Assembly (NCBI GenBank): GCA_028877265.1
Contig: JAPPGX010000191.1
Coordinates: 66,144-130,143 of the forward strand
Origin: Acidobacteriota bacterium
GTDB taxonomy: Bacteria > Acidobacteriota > Vicinamibacteria > Marinacidobacterales > Marinacidobacteraceae
Direction: 5' to 3'
Length of the DNA: 64,000 nucleotides
In this document: positions 1-6,417 of the stretch, one piece after another
Layout: each line of letters begins with the position of its first letter
Position numbering within the stretch: the stretch's first letter is position 1
Program-made: the position numbers and the translations under genes
The notes under the pieces: model-generated
What the model was told of the DNA's origin: nothing
Databases searched by the model: none
Seen by the model: only the letters and a program-made list of their open reading frames with translations

Positions 1-2
1 GG

Positions 3-920
3 GACTGGGTCGGTAACTCTGCCGCCGCCGTTCGGATCCGCGGCGAAATCGCGACTGCCGCGCTCTCCGACGATCCCGTTCTCGTGGAAGCCGAAGACGG
101 AACCGGCCGACGGCTGGCCGCCGAGCTGATCCACCGGCTGAGCCCCGGCTCGACCCCGCGTTCGGCCGAGAACTTTCTCGCCATCGAGGCTGGCGGCAGG
201 CCGACGGAAGAGCTTGGTCCACACGTTGAAGCGGTGCTCGAAAACCCGCCCGGGAACGGAAAAGGGTCGAGGGTGCGGACCCTCTATCTGAGCGGGGCGG
301 AACGGAGCGCGATCGGACGATTTGCCTCCGGGACGGCGGGCGTCGGAGCGCCTCCCCGCTTCCGCCTCATCGCATCAACCGCGCCACCCTCCGCCGTCGG
401 CGGCAACGGGCAAACCAGGCGGCCGCCGGTCACCGCGGACCCGCCGACGATCGTCATCCGGATCCCGCCCCTGCGGGAGCGAAAGATGGACATCTCCGCG
501 CTGGCGCTCAGGTTCTTCGCCGATGCCTGCGACCACGCGGGGGTGGGGCCTTACGGAATCTCCAGCCGGATGATCGCGGCCTACCACGACTACGACTGGC
601 CGGGAAACGTGGTCGAACTCCGGTCAGTCATCGAAAGCGCCGTCTCGACGGCTGCGCTTGCCCACTTCCGGGGCCGGGTCCTGCCGGACTCGTTCTGTGC
701 GATCGCCTTCGATGGAGACCGAAGCGGCAGATCGCTGAAGGAGATGATCCGGGACATGGAAAGGAGCATCCTGGAGAGCACGCTCCACCGGGTCGGCGGC
801 AACCAGGCGCACGCGGCTCGGATACTCCGGCTCAACACGACCACCCTCCACGAAAAACTCAAACGCTACGGGATGTTGCGCGCATTTCGGCACCGGGACC
901 TACCGTCGCCTCGTCAATGA
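3..920 (+). CDS. NtrC/bEBP-family (sigma-54 activator-like) transcriptional regulator. The 5' end lies outside the window and the AAA+ motifs are degenerate.
   Basis: Frame 3 is open from the window edge (DWVGNSAAAVRIRGEI...). Family blocks present are 'RLIASTA', 'IRIPPLRERKMDISALALRFF' and 'YDWPGNVVELRSVIE'. The C terminus carries a Fis-type HTH 'GGNQAHAARILRLNTTTLHEKLKRYG'. Confidence 0.7.
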   Translation, partial: DWVGNSAAAVRIRGEIATAALSDDPVLVEAEDGTGRRLAAELIHRLSPGSTPRSAENFLAIEAGGRPTEELGPHVEAVLENPPGNGKGSRVRTLYLSGAERSAIGRFASGTAGVGAPPRFRLIASTAPPSAVGGNGQTRRPPVTADPPTIVIRIPPLRERKMDISALALRFFADACDHAGVGPYGISSRMIAAYHDYDWPGNVVELRSVIESAVSTAALAHFRGRVLPDSFCAIAFDGDRSGRSLKEMIRDMERSILESTLHRVGGNQAHAARILRLNTTTLHEKLKRYGMLRAFRHRDLPSPRQ

Positions 921-978
921 AAAAGGTCGTGCTTCCCGTCCTGCTGCCGCCGGCGCCTGCCGATCGTGGACGGTCCGT

Positions 979-1419
979 TCAGGCCGCCTGACGGCGGAGC
1001 GCCCACCAGGTGACGATCGTCGAGGTGGCGAGGCTCAGCAGACCGCCGGTCAGGATGTCGATGGGAATGAGCGCCGCCGGCCAGTTGGCGATGGCGGCGA
1101 AGATGGGCACGCTGTAGGTGGCGTAGGCCGCGCAGCCCAGCACGAACGCGTTTTTCATCGCCCGCTGGAGGTTTCGCTCCCGGACTGCCGGTGCGATCGC
1201 CAGCTGGCTGTTCGCGAGCGAGATCAGCGCGAAGAACACCAGGAGGGCGACGATCTCGATGGCGCCCCAAGTGTCCATCGGCTTCCCGAAGCTCCAGTCG
1301 TTCCCGCTCGCCTCATGCAGACGCGCGTGCATCGCCACCGCCGGGGGCGACAGGCTCCAGGCCATGTCGATCACGGTGTAGACGACGAACGCGGAAAGGA
1401 AACGCGCGATCCTGCTCAT
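979..1419 (-). CDS. Small integral membrane protein, DUF2177-like
   Basis: I chose the internal ATG at 1419 (MSRIARFLSAFVVYTVIDMAWSL...) because GGAGG lies about 7 nt upstream. The protein has about four hydrophobic helices. The family assignment is from memory of DUF2177 N termini. Confidence 0.55.
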   Translation of the reverse strand: MSRIARFLSAFVVYTVIDMAWSLSPPAVAMHARLHEASGNDWSFGKPMDTWGAIEIVALLVFFALISLANSQLAIAPAVRERNLQRAMKNAFVLGCAAYATYSVPIFAAIANWPAALIPIDILTGGLLSLATSTIVTWWALRRQAA

Positions 1420-1446
1420 GTCACAACCTCCTGACCCAGGCTGCAC

Positions 1447-3162
1447 TCACCCGCCGCGCTTGATGACCACCCCCGCCAGCGCCCCGATGGACCGGCCGTC
1501 CTCGATCGCGACCTGGCCGTTGACCAGCACCCAGGGCATCCCGACCACCGGACCGTCGGGGTCCATGATGGTCGCGTTGTCCTCCACCCGGTCGTAGTCA
1601 AAGGCGACGACGTCGGCCTTGCAGCCGACCCGCAGGCAGCCGCGGTCCGTCATGCCCACGATGGCGGCCGGCAGACTCGTCGAAGAGCGGACCATGAAGG
1701 GCAGGGTGATGAGCCCGCGGTCCCGCGTGTAGTGGGCGATCTTGCGGGTGTAGCTCCCCCAGAAGCGGGGATGCCGCCCCGGGGTCGCTTCAAGCGCGAT
1801 GCCGGCATCCGTCGAGGTCGCCGTGTAGTCCTGCGCCATGTACATCTCCACATCGAACCGGTCCCCGGCGATCGGCCGGATCAGCACCCCGTGGAGCAGT
1901 TCGTCGTTTCCGGTGCGGGCGAAGTCGATCAGCGTCTCGGCGACGCTCCTGCCGCTGTCCGCCGCCACTGTGGCCACCGTCTTCCCGATCAGCGAGGGAT
2001 CCTCCGGGAAAAGGACGACGATCAGCCGGTCGGCGCCTCCGAACAGGTCGATCTGCTGCTCGAGGTCCATCATCAACTCGGCGCGGATGGCTTCGTCGGC
2101 GAGGTTCGCCTCCAGGTTTGCAAGGCTCAGCAGCCCCGGCGTCCGCCGCCACTTCGGGTCGTCGAGTCCACCGGAACGGTCCGTCCCCGGGGGCGCGAAA
2201 CCCCACACGGGGATCACCCCGACCGGTCCGCCGCCGAAGGTCTCGAAGGGGTACTGATCCAGGAAGACCTGGACCCCCTGCGCCCGCGCGAGGTTGATCG
2301 CCTGCACGTCCTTCGCGGAGTGCCCCCAGCTCGAGGGTCCCTTGGCCTTGATGTGGGTCCCGACGACCCGGATGCCGGTCTCGCGGCCAATCCGGATGGT
2401 CTCGGCCATGCCGTCGGTCCCGGTCAGGGTCGGCCCGTCCACGATGCTCGGCACCTGCCAGCGCGGCATCGGCGACTGGCTGCGCTGGTGCGAGTAGTAG
2501 AACCCGTCGTAGTCCGCGACCACGTGGGCGAGCGCGATGATCTCCTCGGTCTCCGAGAAGCGGGCCGGGCGGTATTCCGGGCCCGCCCCGAGGCCCCAGG
2601 CGCCGTCCTCCATTCCTTCCCGGACCAGCTCGGCCATCCGGGCGACTTCCTCGTCGGTCGCCGGCCGCTCGTGGTCGTCGCCCATCACTTGGAGACGGAC
2701 GGTCGAGTGGCCCACGACGGGCACCACGTTGAGTCCCACTCCTTGGCTCTCGTAGGCGGCGATCTCGTCGCGGATCGGCCAGATCGGGTTCCGGCCGTCA
2801 GCGCCCATCACCACCGTGGTGATCCCCTGGGCGACCAGGTTCAGCGCCTTCCTCTCCTCCATGTCGTCGCCGACGAGCGACCGGTCGGCGTGGGAGTGGA
2901 GGTCCACCCAGCCCGGGGACACATGGAGTCCACTCACGTCGATGGTGCGGGCCGCCTCGTGTCCCTCCTGCCCGGCGAGGCGTCCCACCGCCACGACCTC
3001 GTCGCCCCGAATGCCGACGTCCGCCCGGATGGCGGGGTTGCCGCTCCCGTCGAACACCATTCCTCCGACGAGCAGCAGGTCATAGGCGGGCTGGGCGAAC
3101 CCAGGCGCCGCCAGGAGGCTCGCGACCGCCGCAAACAGCGCACTTCCGAGGACTTTCTTCAT
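1447..3162 (-). CDS. N-acyl-D-amino-acid deacylase (D-aminoacylase) family amidohydrolase, secreted
   Basis: The ATG at 3162 is preceded by GGAGGA. A signal peptide MKKVLGSALFAAVASLLAAPGFAQ is present. Family blocks are 'LLLVGGMVFDGSGNP', 'DVGIRGDEVVAVG' and 'VSPGWVDLHSHAD', with a C-terminal 'ADVVAFD'. Confidence 0.8.
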   Translation of the reverse strand: MKKVLGSALFAAVASLLAAPGFAQPAYDLLLVGGMVFDGSGNPAIRADVGIRGDEVVAVGRLAGQEGHEAARTIDVSGLHVSPGWVDLHSHADRSLVGDDMEERKALNLVAQGITTVVMGADGRNPIWPIRDEIAAYESQGVGLNVVPVVGHSTVRLQVMGDDHERPATDEEVARMAELVREGMEDGAWGLGAGPEYRPARFSETEEIIALAHVVADYDGFYYSHQRSQSPMPRWQVPSIVDGPTLTGTDGMAETIRIGRETGIRVVGTHIKAKGPSSWGHSAKDVQAINLARAQGVQVFLDQYPFETFGGGPVGVIPVWGFAPPGTDRSGGLDDPKWRRTPGLLSLANLEANLADEAIRAELMMDLEQQIDLFGGADRLIVVLFPEDPSLIGKTVATVAADSGRSVAETLIDFARTGNDELLHGVLIRPIAGDRFDVEMYMAQDYTATSTDAGIALEATPGRHPRFWGSYTRKIAHYTRDRGLITLPFMVRSSTSLPAAIVGMTDRGCLRVGCKADVVAFDYDRVEDNATIMDPDGPVVGMPWVLVNGQVAIEDGRSIGALAGVVIKRGG

Positions 3163-3213
3163 GGCATTCCTCCGCTGGGGTGGGCCGGCCATCGTACCGG
3201 AGGGGACAGGCTG

Positions 3214-4581
3214 CTAAGCCCTGGCCCGCCGTGCCCCAACCCCGAGCGCCAACCCGGAAGCCAGGATCAGGGTTATCGCGGCCGGGAATCCGGCCCGGGC
3301 CGCGTTGCCGGCAGGTGCCGCAGGCTCGAAGCGGGGCACCTGGTCCCACTTCACCGCATCGATCGGCGCGGTGGCGAAGAAGTGCGGGAAGAAGTGGTCC
3401 TTGAGGCGTTCGTGGAAGCGGCGCACCGCGTCCTGGTAGTCGAGTTGGGCCGCAAGGTCGGTCCCGGCGAGGCGATCCAGCGCGAGCTGGGTAGCGAGGG
3501 GCGGGGCGAACAGGGACCACCTGCGAGCCCACGCATCCCTCTCGCGCAGCACCTCGCGGTAGGCCCGGGAGGCGTCGCGGGCGGCCTGGTCTCCCCGGTG
3601 ATTCATGGCGTAATACCAGCCCCACGTGAACACGTCCTCGGGAACGGCTTGGCCGCTCCACTCGGGGTAGTCCCGGTAGAACGACTCCATCGTCGCGCTG
3701 GGCGGCAGGTCCCAGGCCTCGTGGTATCCCTGGCGCTGCTGCACCGTCAGCTCCAGCGCTTCCGGAACGGGGTGAAGAACCGCGTTGGCGAGACTCAGGG
3801 CCGCCGGAGCCAGGATCGTGAGGACGACCCAGGTGCCCGCGAGGATCATGGCGTTGGCGGTCGATGACCGGTTTCCCATCGCGACTCCGAGGCAGAGGGC
3901 GAACCAGAAGATCGTGTGCAGCGCGACGAGCGCGAACATCCAGCCGGCCCGGCCGTCGAGGTCGATGCCGGCCATCAGCGCCCCGGCGGCCATCACCACC
4001 GCGGCGACCGCGCCGACGAGAATCGCGCGGGATGCGAGCTTCGCGGCCAGGAGCCTCCGGCGGGGTGCGAACAGGCGGACCAGGTTCCAGGTGCCGCCCT
4101 CCCGTTCGCCCGAGATCAGGTCGTAGCTGACCGCGATGATGAAGAGCGGCAGCAGCGCGATGAGGAGGAATGCAAGGTCCAGATAGCCGGCGGCGGCAAG
4201 CCGCGGGTTCACGGTCTCGTGCTCGTAGAGCTGCCCTTCGAGGGCCAGGAGACGGATCCGGAGGCTCTCCGTTTCCACCGCGGCCCGGCCCCGTGCCAGG
4301 GCGGAAACCGGCAGCGGGGGCTGCGGGGCGGGAAAGGCCACGTAGTAGAGCACCTCTCCCGCGTCGGTGGTCGGCGGATAGACCGAGAGGAGAAAGTCCA
4401 ACTGGTCGTCGTAGGCGGTCTCGGCCGCCGCCAACGAAGACCGGGCGACTTCCGCGTTCCGCCCGGCGCGCCACGCGCCGTAGATTCCCAGGACGAGCAG
4501 AAGGATGATCGCGGCCGCGGTCCCGGCCGACCGGGTCAGCCGCCGGAGGTCGAGCGCCAGCAGCCGCGCCCAGGCTCTCAC
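3214..4581 (-). CDS. ABC-2 type / DUF3526-like transporter permease
   Basis: The protein is multi-TM with a large periplasmic loop, and 'SGEREGGTWNL' resembles the ABC-2 permease E-x-E-x-GT block. The proposed GTG start at 4581 overlaps the upstream stop as GTGA. The ORF track allows earlier starts up to 4656. Confidence 0.65.
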   Translation of the reverse strand: MRAWARLLALDLRRLTRSAGTAAAIILLLVLGIYGAWRAGRNAEVARSSLAAAETAYDDQLDFLLSVYPPTTDAGEVLYYVAFPAPQPPLPVSALARGRAAVETESLRIRLLALEGQLYEHETVNPRLAAAGYLDLAFLLIALLPLFIIAVSYDLISGEREGGTWNLVRLFAPRRRLLAAKLASRAILVGAVAAVVMAAGALMAGIDLDGRAGWMFALVALHTIFWFALCLGVAMGNRSSTANAMILAGTWVVLTILAPAALSLANAVLHPVPEALELTVQQRQGYHEAWDLPPSATMESFYRDYPEWSGQAVPEDVFTWGWYYAMNHRGDQAARDASRAYREVLRERDAWARRWSLFAPPLATQLALDRLAGTDLAAQLDYQDAVRRFHERLKDHFFPHFFATAPIDAVKWDQVPRFEPAAPAGNAARAGFPAAITLILASGLALGVGARRARA

Positions 4582-6038
4582 GACGACCTCTCCGTTCCGA
4601 TCAGCGCCAGCCGTCTCCGCGCCAACCCGAGTCCGGTCAGCGGCAGGCCGATCCACAACCCGAGCGCGGCCAGGGAGACGGGACGGTCCGCCAGCGCTCC
4701 ACCGAGCGGCGGCGGCTCGGTCGCGAAGACGGGGAACTGCCCCCAGTGTTCGCGCGACAGCCGTTGCGCCCGGTCGTTCTCGTTCTGGATCTCGCGGATG
4801 TGGAGTTCGTTGAGACGCTGAATGATCGTGTAACGGTGCGCCTCGGCCTGGGCGAGGAACGCTTCCATCGCCTCCGGGCCGCTACCGGCGATGCCCATCG
4901 ACAGGTCCCGGGCCGCCAGGTACGGGGAGAGGAATCCCGACCATGCCATGACCCCGTTCTGGCGAAGATGACCCTTCACCAACTCCTGCCGGTGGTCCTC
5001 GAAGACCCGGCTGGTGAGTGCTTCCGATTCCCGGCTGAGCACCCCCCTCCAGTTCACCGGGAGGTCCTCGACGGCGCCGACCTGGTAGCGCTCCAGGTAC
5101 TCCTCCCGGAGCGCGTTGAAGAAGGGATCGTCCGGGCGGTGGCTATCCCCGACCTCGTTCAGCGCCTGCTCCACCTGAGCAGTGAGCTCGGCGCGCGAGG
5201 GAAGCGGATAGAGCGCTCCGGCGACGGAGGCCGCTACGCGGGGGGTGGCGACGCAGATCACCACCCACAGCGCGAGCAGTTGCGCGAGCGCGCTCCGCGA
5301 AGAGGTTCGGACGGCGGAAACGAGCACCGTGACGAGCACCCAGCCCGCGAGATAGATCCCGTAGATGCCGGCCAGGACGCCCAGCCGCGTGACGGAAGCG
5401 GGGCTGTCGAGCCCCGGCCCGGCCATGACGCCGACGGCCAGCGCGACCGGAAGCGTCGCCAGCGCCCCTACCGCTCCCGTGGCGAGAACCTTGCCCGCGA
5501 GGATCTGCGCCGGCGTCGCCCCCTGTGTCAGGAGGACGCCGAGCGTTCCCCCCTCTCGCTCGGCGCTGACCGCGGCGAAACCGGCGACAACCACCAGGAG
5601 CGGCAACAGGAGCGCGAGCACGCTCGCCGGGGTGAGGCGTCCGAAGCGCGTCATCCCGGTGGAATGACGCGCCTCGCCAAAGTTGGCCGTGTTCTGGCGA
5701 TGGCCTTCCAGGTAGATCGAGGTTCCCGCGTAATCGCTCACTCCGGGATCGACGAACTCGAGCGGCGCCTGTTCGCGAAAGACCAGGAACCCGTAGTGGA
5801 TGACCCGGTGCGGATGGCGTTCGGGCTGTTCCACCCACTGCCGATCGACCATCGCCTGGTAGCGGTCGCGCTGTTCGGTCGCGCCCGTGGCGTGATGCCG
5901 GGCGCCCACCACCGCGACCAGACCCAGGGCGATCACGAGCCCCAACAGGAACAGGACGGTGCCGTCCTGGCGAATCGCGCCCAACTGCCGTCGGGCGATG
6001 AGCAGGGTGTTGCGGAGGCCTTCCGGCGAGTTGCGCAT
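4578..6038 (-). CDS. ABC-2 type / DUF3526-like transporter permease
   Basis: The ATG at 6038 (MRNSPEGLRNTLLIARRQLG...) is preceded by GAGAGG. 'SAEREGGTLGVLLTQG' is an ABC-2 permease block. The protein is multi-TM and paralogous in architecture to the downstream gene. Confidence 0.7.
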   Translation of the reverse strand: MRNSPEGLRNTLLIARRQLGAIRQDGTVLFLLGLVIALGLVAVVGARHHATGATEQRDRYQAMVDRQWVEQPERHPHRVIHYGFLVFREQAPLEFVDPGVSDYAGTSIYLEGHRQNTANFGEARHSTGMTRFGRLTPASVLALLLPLLVVVAGFAAVSAEREGGTLGVLLTQGATPAQILAGKVLATGAVGALATLPVALAVGVMAGPGLDSPASVTRLGVLAGIYGIYLAGWVLVTVLVSAVRTSSRSALAQLLALWVVICVATPRVAASVAGALYPLPSRAELTAQVEQALNEVGDSHRPDDPFFNALREEYLERYQVGAVEDLPVNWRGVLSRESEALTSRVFEDHRQELVKGHLRQNGVMAWSGFLSPYLAARDLSMGIAGSGPEAMEAFLAQAEAHRYTIIQRLNELHIREIQNENDRAQRLSREHWGQFPVFATEPPPLGGALADRPVSLAALGLWIGLPLTGLGLARRRLALIGTERSS

Positions 6039-6417
6039 CGGTCCTCTCTTTCGGTCTGACGAGGGGGGAGCCGTGGTGTTGGTTACCGCCAGCCAAGTGG
6101 CGCGGAGTATTGCTCGCGCGGCCGCAGGGACAAAGGCGGTAGCGTCGTCCAACGGCCAGGCTCGCGCCGCCGGCCTGGAACGCCGGGTTCCCGAGCTACG
6201 AGGAATGGAGGCCGGCTGGCGCCGTCTCCCATCCCTCGTGCTCAAGGGGTCTCCGCAGAGCTATCGCTCTGCTTCGGAAACAGCCGGCACAGCGACGCGC
6301 TGGTAGAGAACGATCCCGCAGATCGACACCGCGCCGCGCACTGCGCGGTCGCGCAGCACGCGGCTGGTCAGAAGTCGGCGTTCCAGGCGCTCCGTCACCG
6401 TCCGGCGTCGGCGAGCC

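Noticed and set aside
3207-3218. A recurring motif (A)CAGGCTGCTAA / ACGGGCTGCTAA at 3207-3218, 9549-9560 and 14691-14701, with its reverse complement at 14515-14525. Two occurrences directly follow TAG stops (CTTAGCAGCCTGT) and two lie 5-13 nt upstream of ATG codons.
   Set aside because: Chance recurrence of 11-14-mers is expected among the roughly 10^9-10^10 position pairs in a 64-kb window. The contexts are also inconsistent (post-stop versus pre-start, different strands). Only the local inverted pair at 14515/14687 is statistically convincing, and it is reported separately. A genome-wide motif count would settle this.
1732-3867. Very long ORFs antisense to, or out of frame with, the genes I call. 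Examples are 1732-3867(+), 3080-4474(-), 14679-16079(-), 19303-21873(-), 30242-33316(-), 47004-50144(-), 58015-61257(+) and 61620-63623(-).
   Set aside because: Their translations are Arg/Pro/Gly/Ala-rich low-complexity strings with no recognisable motifs. Each fully overlaps an ORF with clear family signatures. Long shadow ORFs are expected at about 70% GC because stop codons are rare.
6039-6417. A possible decayed ABC ATPase gene in the gap between the TonB receptor and the first permease.
   Set aside because: The minus-strand in-frame extension (MSTRDGRRRQPASIPRSSGTRR...) and the other frames show no Walker A, LSGGQ or Walker B remnants. Only small GC hairpins are present (gcagagc/gctctgc at 6254-6271 and ccgcgc/gcgcgg at 6333-6347).
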